Under the pieces are notes generated by a model. It did no database searches. It saw only the letters and a program-made list of their open reading frames with translations, and was not told where the DNA came from. 64,000 nt of DNA from Myxococcota bacterium (GTDB taxonomy: Bacteria > Myxococcota_A > UBA9042 > PHBI01 > JAWLBL01): contig JAWLBL010000017.1 in NCBI GenBank assembly GCA_041687695.1, positions 64,001-128,000 of the forward strand, read 5' to 3'. A program made the position numbers and the translations under genes. The stretch's first letter is position 1, and each line of letters begins with the position of its first letter. Of this stretch, positions 27,935 to 38,932 are shown in pieces.

Positions 27935-28094
27935 CTACGGCCACCGGTTGGGGGTTCGGGGTGGGCCTCCCGTTGAACGACAGGATCTCAGTCATGCCGC
28001 GGATGCGGGCCAGCGACTAAATCGGGAATCGGTAAGCCCCTTCGGGGCGACACGGGTGGGAACCCCTTAGATCCTTGAGGAGGAGCATTCAACC

Positions 28095-29255
<1,161 letters not shown>

Positions 29256-29339
29256 TTTTCTTGATACCAGCCGGAGGGGCCCCGGAAGGGTCCGGGGCCC
29301 CGAACGCTGGAGTAACTTTGAGAGACTGAGGAGGATACG

Positions 29340-29771
29340 ATGCCGAATCGTCGGCCCCATGACCACATTGGCAACTTCAACTTCAAGGTTGAGATCGAGG
29401 GCGTGACCCAGGGTGCGTTCCGCAACGTCGAGGGCCTCGACTCCGAGACGGAGATCGTCGAGTACCAGGACGGCGACGACATCATCCTCCGCAAGCGCCC
29501 CGGCCGCACCAAGTACAGCAACATCGTGCTGAAGCGCGGCTACATCAACACGACCGAGCTGTGGGACTGGCGCAAGGCCGTCATCGACGGCAAGGTCGAG
29601 CGCAAGTCCGGCTCCGTGATCCTCTGCGCCGACGACGGCACCGAGATCATGCGCTACAACTTCTTCGAGGCGTGGCCCTGCAAGTGGAAGGGCTTCACCC
29701 TCGACGGCAAGGGCACGGACGTGAACGTCGAGGAGATCGAGCTCGCGGTCGAGAAGGTCGAGCGCGGCTAG
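29340..29771 (+). CDS. Tail tube protein 1 (T4 gp19-like)
   Basis: FNFKVEIEG..GAF..VEGL..EYQDG...PGRTKYSNIVLKRG..LWDW...AWPCKW...EEIELAVE. Confidence 0.96.
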   Translation: MPNRRPHDHIGNFNFKVEIEGVTQGAFRNVEGLDSETEIVEYQDGDDIILRKRPGRTKYSNIVLKRGYINTTELWDWRKAVIDGKVERKSGSVILCADDGTEIMRYNFFEAWPCKWKGFTLDGKGTDVNVEEIELAVEKVERG

Positions 29772-29792
29772 TCGACTCTGACGGGTTGATGT

Positions 29793-29832
29793 GACGAAGG
29801 CCAGCTCTCTCGGGGGCTGGCTTTCGTCGTTT
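29793..29832 (+). terminator. Hairpin/terminator after tube 1
   Basis: GACGAAGGCCAGC...GCTGGCTTTCGTC stem followed by GTTT. Confidence 0.6.
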
Positions 29833-30018
29833 CGGGCTGGCGCGACGACACGACCGACGGCGCACGATGAGCCCGGTCGCGGGCGCACTCCCGAGACTGA
29901 ACGAGCCCGGACGGCCGCCGTTCGGACCGTCCCCCCACCGGTTGCATCCTCGCCGCGTCCGGGTTACCTATGACGCTCCGAGGATGCCCCTCGACGACGA
30001 TCGGAAGGCAAGCACAGC

Positions 30019-30390
30019 ATGGCGTTCAAGACCGAGTTCGAGTTCACCCTGCCCAAGGGCTACGTCGACAAGGAAGGCAACGTTCATCGCAAGGGCGTGA
30101 TGCGCCTTGCCACTGCGAAGGACGAGATCCTGCCTCTGCAGGACTACCGCGTCCAGAACAACCGAGCCTACCTGGTGATCATCTTGCTGAGCCGCGTCAT
30201 CAGCAAGCTCGGCGACCTCAAGTCGATCAACCCGTCGGTCATCGAGGAGATGTTCTCGACGGACCTCGCGTACCTGCAGGACTTCTACCGGCGCATCAAC
30301 GAAGAGGGCACGAGCGCCGTGAAGGTGAAGTGTCCGGCCTGCGCGCACGGCTTCGACGTCGACCTCGGGGCCGACATGGGGGAATCGTAA
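30019..30390 (+). CDS. Tail assembly chaperone (short, gpG-like product)
   Basis: TEFEFTLPKGYVD..G..H..GVMRLATAKDEI...LLSRVI...DLAYLQDFY.RIN..CPAC; directly after the tube. Confidence 0.85.
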   Translation: MAFKTEFEFTLPKGYVDKEGNVHRKGVMRLATAKDEILPLQDYRVQNNRAYLVIILLSRVISKLGDLKSINPSVIEEMFSTDLAYLQDFYRRINEEGTSAVKVKCPACAHGFDVDLGADMGES

Positions 30391-30424
30391 GCTACCCCCT
30401 GGAGCGCATCTACCAGGAGGTAGC
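30378..30424 (+). other. Programmed -1 ribosomal frameshift cassette
   Basis: Heptamer G GGG GAA (30378-30384), 6-nt spacer TCGTAA, then hairpin GCTACCCCCTGG/CCAGGAGGTAGC (11 of 12 pairs). Confidence 0.8.
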
Positions 30425-30554
30425 GTACATCGCGTACCACTTCCACTGGTCCATCGACGAGATCCTCGAGATGGAGCACAAGGAGCGGCAGGTCTGGGTA
30501 CGCGAGATCTCTGAAATCAATAAGGAAATCAACCAGTCGCGACGCAGTTCGTGA
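30381..30554 (+). CDS. DUF6760-like (gpT-like) segment, probably made only as a -1 frameshift fusion with the chaperone (178 aa)
   Basis: YPLERIYQEVAYIAYHFHWSIDEILEMEHKERQVWVREISEIN in the -1 frame; no nearby ATG/GTG/TTG ahead of the conserved part. Confidence 0.8.
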   Translation, partial: GIVSYPLERIYQEVAYIAYHFHWSIDEILEMEHKERQVWVREISEINKEINQSRRSS

Positions 30555-30616
30555 CCTCGGGCGCCGGTCGGATGCGAGGCCGGCCCCGGCCCCTATCGCC
30601 TCTCGGAGAAGTTCCA

Positions 30617-32371
30617 GTGGTTACGCCCCGAGCCCCCGGTGTCTATCAAGCCCCCCGGGACCGACGCTACACCCCCCTCACCCTGGGTGAGGTGGGCGTG
30701 CCCGGCTTCGTCGGCGTGGCCGAGCGTGGCCCGACGAACGACCCGGTTCGGATCACGTCCATCGACCAGTTTCACGACGTGTACGGGAACCTCGAGGAGC
30801 ACGGCTACCTCACGGACGCGGTTCAGGGCTTCTTCGAGAACGGCGGCCAAGCGTGTTACGTGCTCCGCGTCGCGCACATGGTCAAGCGCCTCCGCGAGGA
30901 GGTCGCCCGCCCGGCGTCGCTGCGACTCCAAGGGGACGGGGGCAAGCCGACCCTGGTCCTCCGAGCCTCGAACGAAGGGGTCTGGGGGAACAAGATCCGG
31001 GTGACCGTGGCTCGGCAGAAGCCACGCGTGTCCACCTTCCTGACCCTCGACCTCAAGTCGGGCGACACCTCCGCGGTCATCAAGAGCACCATCGGGCTCG
31101 CGCGCGGAACCATCGTCCGCATCTATGACGGCGACAAGGAGACGTTCCGAACGATCACCGAGCTGAGCGGCAAGAACATCAGCTGGTCCATCAGCGAGCC
31201 GCTCGAGCAGGACTTCCGATCCGGGGCGCCCACCTACATCGAGCCCGTCGAGTTCAGCGTGGACGTCCAATGGAAGGACCAGCGCGAACGGTTCCGCAAC
31301 CTGACGATGGCGCGCTCGTCGGATCTCTACGTCGAGCGGGTCATCAACACACAGTCGGCTCTGGTCCGCGTCGAGGATCTGGGCGCGGACGTTCCGGTCC
31401 ACCAGGCGTTTCCAGTGGACGTGCCTGAGACGAACCTCGAGAGCGGCACGGACGGGCTGCTCACGGTCACGCCCGAGGACTTCATCGGCGCGAACATCGG
31501 ACCGGGCGAGCGCTTCGGGCTCGCGGCCTATGAAGCCGTCGAGCAGATCGATCTCCTGTGCGTGCCGGACCTCATGTGGGCGCTCGACAAGAGCACCGGC
31601 TTCCGGACCGAGAAGGACGTCGAGGTCGTCCAGGACGCCATGGTCAGCCAGTGCGAGCGTCTCAAGACCCGCTTCGCGATCCTCGACCTGCCCGACCCTG
31701 TCGACCACCGCCGAGCGCTGCAGTGGCGCCTGCTCTTCGATACGCCGTATGCGGCGTTCTACTACCCGTGGATCCAGGTCGACGGATCGCAGGGCACCCG
31801 TCTCGTGCCGCCCTCGGGCCACATCGCGGGCATCTACGCCCGGTGCGACAACGCCCAGGGGCCCTTCCGGGCACCGGCCAACGAGGACATCGAGGGGGCG
31901 CTCGACATCGGCCGCGTCCTGCAGGACAGCGATCTGGGGCTCCTGAACGACCAGGGGGTCAACTGTCTCAAGCCGTTCCCGCGTCGCGGGATCCGGGTCT
32001 GGGGTGCGCGCACCACGTCGAACGATCCGATGTGGCGATACGTGAACGTGCGACGCATCGTCAACGCGGTCATCGCCAGTGTGGAACGAGGTTTGCAATG
32101 GGCAGTGTTCGAGCCCAACACCGAGTTCCTGTGGAAGAGTCTTCACAGGGAGGTGTCCGGGTTCCTGCTCGAGCTGTGGCAGCAGGGTTACTTCCGCGGC
32201 CGCAGCCCAGAAGAGGCCTTCTACGTGAAGTGCGATCACGAGACGAATCCCCAGTCCGTACGTGACGCGGGTCAAGTCATCATCGAGTGCGGCGTAGCGC
32301 CCGTGCGGCCCGCCGAGTATCTTGTCTTCCGAGTAGCGACCGAGCTGGAAGAGGTCGGCCCCGGCGCCTGA
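30617..32371 (+). CDS. Contractile tail sheath protein 2 (with a large insertion domain)
   Basis: APGVY, GFFENGG, YYPWI, PPSGH, APANE, VWGART, WRYVNVRR, WAVFEPN, RPAEY; GTG start with GGAG RBS (track start 30551). Confidence 0.95.
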   Translation: MVTPRAPGVYQAPRDRRYTPLTLGEVGVPGFVGVAERGPTNDPVRITSIDQFHDVYGNLEEHGYLTDAVQGFFENGGQACYVLRVAHMVKRLREEVARPASLRLQGDGGKPTLVLRASNEGVWGNKIRVTVARQKPRVSTFLTLDLKSGDTSAVIKSTIGLARGTIVRIYDGDKETFRTITELSGKNISWSISEPLEQDFRSGAPTYIEPVEFSVDVQWKDQRERFRNLTMARSSDLYVERVINTQSALVRVEDLGADVPVHQAFPVDVPETNLESGTDGLLTVTPEDFIGANIGPGERFGLAAYEAVEQIDLLCVPDLMWALDKSTGFRTEKDVEVVQDAMVSQCERLKTRFAILDLPDPVDHRRALQWRLLFDTPYAAFYYPWIQVDGSQGTRLVPPSGHIAGIYARCDNAQGPFRAPANEDIEGALDIGRVLQDSDLGLLNDQGVNCLKPFPRRGIRVWGARTTSNDPMWRYVNVRRIVNAVIASVERGLQWAVFEPNTEFLWKSLHREVSGFLLELWQQGYFRGRSPEEAFYVKCDHETNPQSVRDAGQVIIECGVAPVRPAEYLVFRVATELEEVGPGA

Positions 32372-32493
32372 CGCCAGGACCGGGACCCCGGAGCCAACCG
32401 GGGACAGGCGACCTCGCCTGGGGTCGATAGACCACAAGAGCAACGCCCCAGGGTCCCAATCTGCGGACCCTCAAGGCATCAAGGAGCGCAACG

Positions 32494-33168
32494 ATGGGTG
32501 CTTCCGAATTCGCGACGGGAAAGCTGAGCGCCACGACTTCGGTGAAGGGCGTGAACCTCGGAGGCTCGGTCGGCGGGATGCTGGCGAACACGGTCGGGCC
32601 CAAGGTGGATGCCCTCCTGGGGCAGATAGGCCTGGGCGGCCTGCTCGGGGGCATGCTCCGCACCGACCCGGACGTGCCCTACCACTACTTCCTCGAGATC
32701 AATGGTCTGCAGTGCGTGCGGTTCAAGGAGGTCAGCGGCCTCAAGATGACGACCGAGCTGCAGCGGATGCGCGAGGGCGGTAACAACATCCACGAAGTGG
32801 TGATGATCGGGCCGCAGAAGTTCGAGCCGTTGACCGTGAAGAAGGGCTTCTACTCCTCGGCCAGCGAGTTCTTCGATTGGATGCGGAGCATCCATGACGC
32901 TGGAGCGGGCCTCAACAGCAAGCGGCGTCAAGACATCTCGCTCGTCGTGCTCAACACCAAGAGCGTCGAGGTCTGCCGCTTCAACTTCACCAACGCCTTC
33001 ATCATCGAGTACGAGGCGCCGTCCTTCAACGCGGACGCGAAGGAGATCGCGTTCGAGTCGATCAAGATCCACTACGACACCTTCGAGTTCAAGCCCGCCG
33101 CCTTCACGGACAAGCTCATCGGCGGCGCCCTGAGCGCGGGGATGTCCGCGCTCGGCAACGCCCTCTAG
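32494..33168 (+). CDS. Tail tube protein 2 (gp19-like, Afp5-like) with N- and C-terminal extensions
   Basis: F.LEING...FKEVSGL...REGGNN...LTVKKG...FFDW...AFESIKI core. Confidence 0.88.
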   Translation: MGASEFATGKLSATTSVKGVNLGGSVGGMLANTVGPKVDALLGQIGLGGLLGGMLRTDPDVPYHYFLEINGLQCVRFKEVSGLKMTTELQRMREGGNNIHEVVMIGPQKFEPLTVKKGFYSSASEFFDWMRSIHDAGAGLNSKRRQDISLVVLNTKSVEVCRFNFTNAFIIEYEAPSFNADAKEIAFESIKIHYDTFEFKPAAFTDKLIGGALSAGMSALGNAL

Positions 33169-33200
33169 TCCTGGATTCCTGGCACCCTCGGAGCTGAACC

Positions 33201-36200
33201 ATGGACCAGCCGCACACGATTAGCGAACTGCTCGCCAAGGGCCGGACGCCCTCCGACGGAGAGCTGGCCGATCTTCGCCAGCTGGGGGCCTTCGCTGCGT
33301 CGATGTATGGCCGCTATCTCCATGGCCTGAACGCGGAGCGGACCCGCGCGCTCGGAGCGCGCCCTGGGGACTGGGCGCGGAACCTCAGCGGCGGGCTGGG
33401 GGCGGCCACTGCGACGCGGTGGAGCGAGGGGATCGGGCTCGGCAGTCAGCTCCTCGCCGACCTGTGGAGTGGCTTCTGGCAGGTCGGTGCGGGCGGCAGC
33501 GACGGATACCAGGGGCTCGATGTCGCCGACTTCGAGTGGATCGGCATCGAGGAAGAGGAGGCCGTTCAGATCGCGGCCGCTCCCGGTGACGACTCGATGC
33601 GCCGCAGGAGTCGTCCTTCTCTATTCGGCAAGCCCACGCAGCCGCGCCGCTCGCGACCCTCGGTCGCCGACACTGTCCGGGCCGCCAAGGACGGCGGCCG
33701 TCGCGCCACCGCTCCATTGACGTGGATGGACGGCGGCTCGGTGTCGCCCGAGGCGATCGGAGCGCTCATCGAGTCCGGACTGTTCGTCGCGGATCAGCTC
33801 GCGCCGACCACGCTGCTTGGGGGCGCCGAGGGCGACGCAAGCCGTGCGAATCGGTCGGCTGCAGGCGGACTGGACCTCCGAGAGCGGGGTGCTCTGGGAG
33901 TGCCTGACAGCGCCGTGCGGTCAGGGCCGGGGCTCGACCGCGCCGCAGGGTTCGGCAATGCACCCATCCTGCTGGACGGGTTGCGGGTCGATGGGCGTAC
34001 GCCGGCGCTCGCTTCAGGGCTTCGCCTGGCCAATGACGCCTTCGAGCCACAGGGGCCGCGTGGGACCGGTCTCGCCCTGACGGCGGGGCGGGCCGAGCGG
34101 CTCGCGGAGCTGAGCCCGGCATTGGCGGCAGCGCTCGCCCAGGCCTCTGCGCCGACCGCGCGACCCGTGTACGCGTTCTTCGATTCGGTCGAGGGCGAGT
34201 TCATCGCGTTGACCGACGAAGTGGTCGACGCAGGACCGCCTCGCGACGGAGGCGCGTCGGTGCCGACCCGCCGCAGTGCGCGGAGCTCGAGGGGCAGCAC
34301 TGCGCTCTCCTCGGGTTCCTTCGCTGCGGGCACCGCCGGTCCTTCGGCTCAGGCGCGCATGCAGCCGGCGCCTTCCGTCGCGCGGCTCGAGCGAATCGTA
34401 CCCGCCGCGCCAGCGACGTCTGGCGTGCGCGCTTACAACACCGCTGCGACGCCCGTGGTTTCGTCGTCGTTCATCCGAGGAGGTCACCTGGCCTCGAACC
34501 CGACCGGCCTCGTGTCGCCGCAGCTCGTCGGCACGTCGGCCGCGATGGGCGCGTCGGGCGTGGCCCGAGCAGGGGCTCCTCTGGCCCCGACGCTCGCCTC
34601 CGAACAGCCTGGGCGCCTCCCGATGGCTGCCCTGACTTCCATGGTGGCCGGGGGCGATCGGCCGTCCCCCCAGATCGCGCGACAGGTCGCCTACACGCCG
34701 GCTGGGCTCGCTCGGGCTCGCCAGCAGCGCTCCGCGATCGCGGCCCCTCGGGTGGCCCTCGTCGACGGCCAGTCGCTCACCGTCGCGCGCGGCTCGCTCT
34801 CGGGCGGAGACATCCTCGCGTCGGTCCAGACTCCGACGGACGTGGAGGCGACGCAGGCTATCCAGAAGCGCTCGATGGAGTGGGCTGAAACGACGGCCCT
34901 CCCTTCGTCCAGCCGGGCGCAGCTTACGGCCAGCGCGCCGCAATGGCGCCTCGCCGCCGACGCCGGACCCGACCTCCCGCTGGGCGCCGGGCTCTCACGC
35001 GCCGAGGCCTTCGCGGGAGCCGTTCAGCTCAGGCAGCCGTCCAAGCCGCAGACCGCGTTCACTCCCGTTGTCTCTCGCGAGTACGGCGTGACTGACGCCA
35101 CGAGCCGTTGGAGCCAGGATCCCGTGCTCGACGGCGTCGTCTGGATCGCGTTGGGCGAACAGACGCAAGGCGCGGACCCGCACGGTCTGCCGATGGCGAC
35201 GGTTCCGTCGCGTCGCGCCGTCACCCTCGCCAAGGCCGACACCGTGGCTCGGCTGGCGCATGGAGCGACGCTCGCCCGCTCGGCGCAGCCGACCGCCCCC
35301 GGGCAGGCGACCACCGACACCGATGGCTCGGTTGCGCGCGCTTCGGGTGCGGCGACGTTGGGACAGGCGCCCGTCGCATCGCGAGTGTTCGACGTTCAGC
35401 GGCAGGTGCTCGCCAATTCCTCGGCTGGGCCGTCGGGTCCGCTGAGTCGGGGGCTGGTGGATGGCGTGTACCTGCGGGCGCCCATGGCGGCCGGCAGGGG
35501 CTTGGTAGAGAATCAGGTCGACGAGGGACGCGACCGCCTGATGGCGTCGCCGGGTCGCGGAGCGGCCCTGACGTCCGGGCTCGCGACGGTTGGAGCCGCC
35601 GCTCAGCTGTTCGCCCGGGTCGCGCCTCGCGCGGGATACCTGAGCGCCGAGCTTTCGGACCTGCCGTTGGTGAGGGGGGAGGTTCGATCCCAGGACGAGG
35701 CCGTGACCGAGCAGGCGCAGCCTGGTCGCGCCGACGCGACGGGCGCTGAGCGCACTGCGGGATCTCAGCTCGTCGCTGCGCTCGGGAGCGGCCCCACGGC
35801 GCAGATCGCGTCGACGGTGAACGCGCTGCGACACGCGCGGATCGCGGCGCGGCGTCCAGTGAGCACCGCGCGTGAGAGCCTCTCGGTGCTCCCCGCCCTC
35901 GGTAGCGTGTTCCGTCACGAGGCCAGCCGCGCGACGGCGGCGCGGACGCAGCTGCCGCCCCTGGCGCGGCTCGAGCGCGGGCCCGAGGCTTTCACCCGAC
36001 GGGCGTCGACCTCGGCCGGCGCCCTGGGTTTGGACGGCGCCGACATCCTGTCGGTGTTGCGTGTGGCCGGACCGGAGCAGCGCGCTGAAGTGCGTCGTGC
36101 GTTGCGCATCTCCGGCTGGTCCGAGCCCGAGCTGCGGATGCTGGAGCTTTCCGAGACGGGTACGAGCGCCGCAGACGTAGGTGAGGCAGCCCTGTCCTCA

Positions 36201-38171
36201 GTCGGTGGCGTCGCTGGACGTACGACGACCCGAAGCGTGGGCGAGGCCGCTGGCCGTTCCGCGCCAGCGACAACGGCACGTTCGCTCGCTCGTATCCTGA
36301 CTGGCGCCGAAGCGCTTGCCGGTGACGCCGCACGGATGGGTGGCGAGGCGGCGGCTGCGATCGGCCGCGACCTCCCGATGCTCAGCGGCAAGGCTGATGC
36401 CTACTTCGGGGCTTTGGCGCCAGAACGGTCAGCGCGGGCGGGCGTTGCGTCGTCGATGACGGTCCGGGACGCCATCGGCGAGTTGCTGGGGCTGGCGACT
36501 AACGCGCCTGGCATGGCGAGCGATTCGCCGGTTCCGCAGAGCCTGCGAAGGGCCGTGTTGGCGCTCGCGAGTCGGGACGGCGGCGCCGCGAAGGCGACCG
36601 CGACTGGGCCGGCGGCCATCGCGCAGGGCCTTGCGAGCTCGTCCCTGTCCCTCGCGAACGCGGCGTCGCGCCTCGAGATGCGACCGGGAGATCGCGGGAT
36701 CTCGGACGTCGGGCGGCAGGCGATGGGGACGGCCGCCACCGGCGTGTCGGACGCGGGCGCTGGCGCGACCTCCCTCCTGAACCCGGCCTGGTCGCGCCGT
36801 GACGACCTGAACCTGGTCGCGGCCGAGCCGCAGCGTCCAAGCCTCGAGGATCGGGTGGTTCAGGCGCTGAACGCCTCGGTCGGAGGACCGGCGGGCGCCG
36901 GTCGTCTGCTCTCGCCGCTGCGTCAGGCGCGCGTCGTCGGCGACTCCGTATCGGCAGGGAATGCTCAGCCCGGCATTGGCGGCCCGTCGGCTGCTTCGTG
37001 GGGCGGGGCCGTCGCGCGGCTCGCCGACCAGTCGGTGGCGCTCGGGAGTGTGTTGGCGCCCGAGGTGATGCTAGGGGGCATGCGCGCGCCCGAGGTCGCA
37101 GCCGTAGCGGCGGGTCGGCCGTACCTGCGAGAGACCCCGGGAGAGTTGGCCGCGACCTTCGGTGTGGGTGAGCGGAACGCAGTTCCGTTGTCTCCGGTGG
37201 CGGAGGCGGGGCGTCCGGCGCGCGGCAGCCGTCGTGGACAGAACGGGGATGCGGCCTCGCCCACTGTCGGAGCGCAGACGAGCGCGGCCTTGCAGAGGGA
37301 CGGCGGGACGACAGGCGCTGGCAGGACGGCCATCGACGCGAGCTCGCCGGTCGCGAAGCTGCTGCGCCTCATCGATCCCAGCGGCGGTCGGCAGGTGCTC
37401 GGTCGTTCGCTGGCGGCGGGTGAGTTGGGCGCCCTCGTGCGTCAGCTGGGCGTTCTCTCGCCGGATCGGGTCAGCCACGACCGGGCGGTCGGGGACTTCG
37501 CCCTCGCGTGGGCGGGGCGCGTTGACGGCGCGCGGACGGGGCTCGACTTCGGCCTGTCGACGACGCGCTCCGAGCTGCTCGCGTTCTTCCGTAGGGGTGA
37601 GATGTCGCCCGAGGGCCGCGTAGCGGCCGAGTCGCCCATTGGCGATGCGGGCTTCGTAGCGCCGGCGGCCTCGGCGCCTCGACGTGAGGCGCGTGGGGGG
37701 CTGGCCGCTCCGGATCGCAGCCGGCTCCGCCGCGTTGCTTCGCACGTCCAGTCGAGCAGCGCCGGCGCATCGCGACCGCAGCACGGGGCGTCGGCCGCGA
37801 TGCGCGACCTGGACTGGAGCTATGTCAACACGGGGTCGACGACCTCGGTCGGCAACGCCAACCTGGGCGGCCTCGCCGCGTCCGTAGTCGGCGAGAGCGG
37901 GAGCGCCCGTGTTCCGATGCCCCTGGTCGCACCCGCCGTCAAGGCGGTCGCGCAGACGGCGCTCCTGAGTTCGAGAGCGGAGGAGTCTCCCGCAGCGCGG
38001 GTCAGCTCCAGCAGCGCCCCCGCTGGGGGGGCGTCTTCTCAAGAGGCAGCAACTCCCGCCGAAGCGCCTTCGCTGACCAAGGAAGCGCTCGAGGCCCTGG
38101 CCGTCGAAATGGCTGACCGCATCGCGCGGCGGATGAAGCGCGAGAAGGAGAGGACAGGATGGGCTTTCTAG
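33201..38171 (+). CDS. 1656-aa Ala/Gly/Arg/Ser-rich low-complexity CIS protein (candidate tape measure or lumen protein)
   Basis: Uninterrupted ORF with GGAG RBS filling the tube2-LysM gap; C-terminal helix LEALAVEMADRIARRMKREKERTG. Confidence 0.75.
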   Translation: MDQPHTISELLAKGRTPSDGELADLRQLGAFAASMYGRYLHGLNAERTRALGARPGDWARNLSGGLGAATATRWSEGIGLGSQLLADLWSGFWQVGAGGSDGYQGLDVADFEWIGIEEEEAVQIAAAPGDDSMRRRSRPSLFGKPTQPRRSRPSVADTVRAAKDGGRRATAPLTWMDGGSVSPEAIGALIESGLFVADQLAPTTLLGGAEGDASRANRSAAGGLDLRERGALGVPDSAVRSGPGLDRAAGFGNAPILLDGLRVDGRTPALASGLRLANDAFEPQGPRGTGLALTAGRAERLAELSPALAAALAQASAPTARPVYAFFDSVEGEFIALTDEVVDAGPPRDGGASVPTRRSARSSRGSTALSSGSFAAGTAGPSAQARMQPAPSVARLERIVPAAPATSGVRAYNTAATPVVSSSFIRGGHLASNPTGLVSPQLVGTSAAMGASGVARAGAPLAPTLASEQPGRLPMAALTSMVAGGDRPSPQIARQVAYTPAGLARARQQRSAIAAPRVALVDGQSLTVARGSLSGGDILASVQTPTDVEATQAIQKRSMEWAETTALPSSSRAQLTASAPQWRLAADAGPDLPLGAGLSRAEAFAGAVQLRQPSKPQTAFTPVVSREYGVTDATSRWSQDPVLDGVVWIALGEQTQGADPHGLPMATVPSRRAVTLAKADTVARLAHGATLARSAQPTAPGQATTDTDGSVARASGAATLGQAPVASRVFDVQRQVLANSSAGPSGPLSRGLVDGVYLRAPMAAGRGLVENQVDEGRDRLMASPGRGAALTSGLATVGAAAQLFARVAPRAGYLSAELSDLPLVRGEVRSQDEAVTEQAQPGRADATGAERTAGSQLVAALGSGPTAQIASTVNALRHARIAARRPVSTARESLSVLPALGSVFRHEASRATAARTQLPPLARLERGPEAFTRRASTSAGALGLDGADILSVLRVAGPEQRAEVRRALRISGWSEPELRMLELSETGTSAADVGEAALSSVGGVAGRTTTRSVGEAAGRSAPATTARSLARILTGAEALAGDAARMGGEAAAAIGRDLPMLSGKADAYFGALAPERSARAGVASSMTVRDAIGELLGLATNAPGMASDSPVPQSLRRAVLALASRDGGAAKATATGPAAIAQGLASSSLSLANAASRLEMRPGDRGISDVGRQAMGTAATGVSDAGAGATSLLNPAWSRRDDLNLVAAEPQRPSLEDRVVQALNASVGGPAGAGRLLSPLRQARVVGDSVSAGNAQPGIGGPSAASWGGAVARLADQSVALGSVLAPEVMLGGMRAPEVAAVAAGRPYLRETPGELAATFGVGERNAVPLSPVAEAGRPARGSRRGQNGDAASPTVGAQTSAALQRDGGTTGAGRTAIDASSPVAKLLRLIDPSGGRQVLGRSLAAGELGALVRQLGVLSPDRVSHDRAVGDFALAWAGRVDGARTGLDFGLSTTRSELLAFFRRGEMSPEGRVAAESPIGDAGFVAPAASAPRREARGGLAAPDRSRLRRVASHVQSSSAGASRPQHGASAAMRDLDWSYVNTGSTTSVGNANLGGLAASVVGESGSARVPMPLVAPAVKAVAQTALLSSRAEESPAARVSSSSAPAGGASSQEAATPAEAPSLTKEALEALAVEMADRIARRMKREKERTGWAF

Positions 38172-38908
38172 ACACTGTGAAGTCCAAGGCCGGCGAGCTC
38201 AAGAGCACCGTCGACAAGAAGATGGCCGGTGCCCACCTCGAGCACACGGCGTGGGGGCAGCTCGTCAAGGCCAAGCTCGAGATCTTCGATCTCTACGAGA
38301 AGAGCGCGAAGATTGAGGAGTTTCCTTTTAGGTTCAATCCGACGACCTTGAAGGTAACGCGCTCGGCGACCTTCGAGGAGGTTCCGACCACGGCGACGGG
38401 CAAAGATGTTCGCTGGAAGAACACGGCGCCCACCAAGGTCGAGTTCGGAGATCTGTGGTTCGATACCTATGAGGAACGCGCGAACGTCCGCGACAAGTAT
38501 ATTCGTCCTCTTGAAGCACTGCTGGAGTACAACGCGACATCGCATCATGTGCCCAGTGTGCGTTTCGTGTGGGGCGACTACACCTACGACACGACGAAGT
38601 ACTACGTGAACGGTCTGACGGTCGAATACACGATGTTCCTGCCGACGGGTATGCCGGTGCGGGCCAAGGCCACCCTTCAGCTGACCGAGGTCAATCCGAT
38701 CAAGGACCAGCAGAAGAAGGAGTCGAAGGAATCGCCCGACCACGCCAAGATCTACACGGTGCGCCGGGGCGACACCCTGCAGAGCATCGCGTTGGCGGAG
38801 TACGAGGACCCGCGCGAGTGGCGACGCATCGCCTCGAGCAACGGCATCGACGATCCCATGTCGGTCAAGCCCGGTACCAAGCTCCTGGTGCCGCCCATCC
38901 TGAAGTAG
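38159..38908 (+). CDS. CIS tube initiator with LysM domain (Afp7/Pvc7-like)
   Basis: FRFNPTTL, LWFDTYE, VRFVWG, YTMF.P.G.PVRA, YTVRRGDTLQSIA..EY.DP..WR.IA..NGIDDP. Confidence 0.92.
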   Translation: MGFLDTVKSKAGELKSTVDKKMAGAHLEHTAWGQLVKAKLEIFDLYEKSAKIEEFPFRFNPTTLKVTRSATFEEVPTTATGKDVRWKNTAPTKVEFGDLWFDTYEERANVRDKYIRPLEALLEYNATSHHVPSVRFVWGDYTYDTTKYYVNGLTVEYTMFLPTGMPVRAKATLQLTEVNPIKDQQKKESKESPDHAKIYTVRRGDTLQSIALAEYEDPREWRRIASSNGIDDPMSVKPGTKLLVPPILK

Positions 38909-38932
38909 CAAGCGGTAGGGAGGACAAGTTTC

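Noticed and set aside
29970..30380. 194-aa track ORF as an independent gene
   Set aside because: Its first ~135 codons overlap the chaperone gene out of frame and read as shadow sequence; only the last 57 codons look protein-like.
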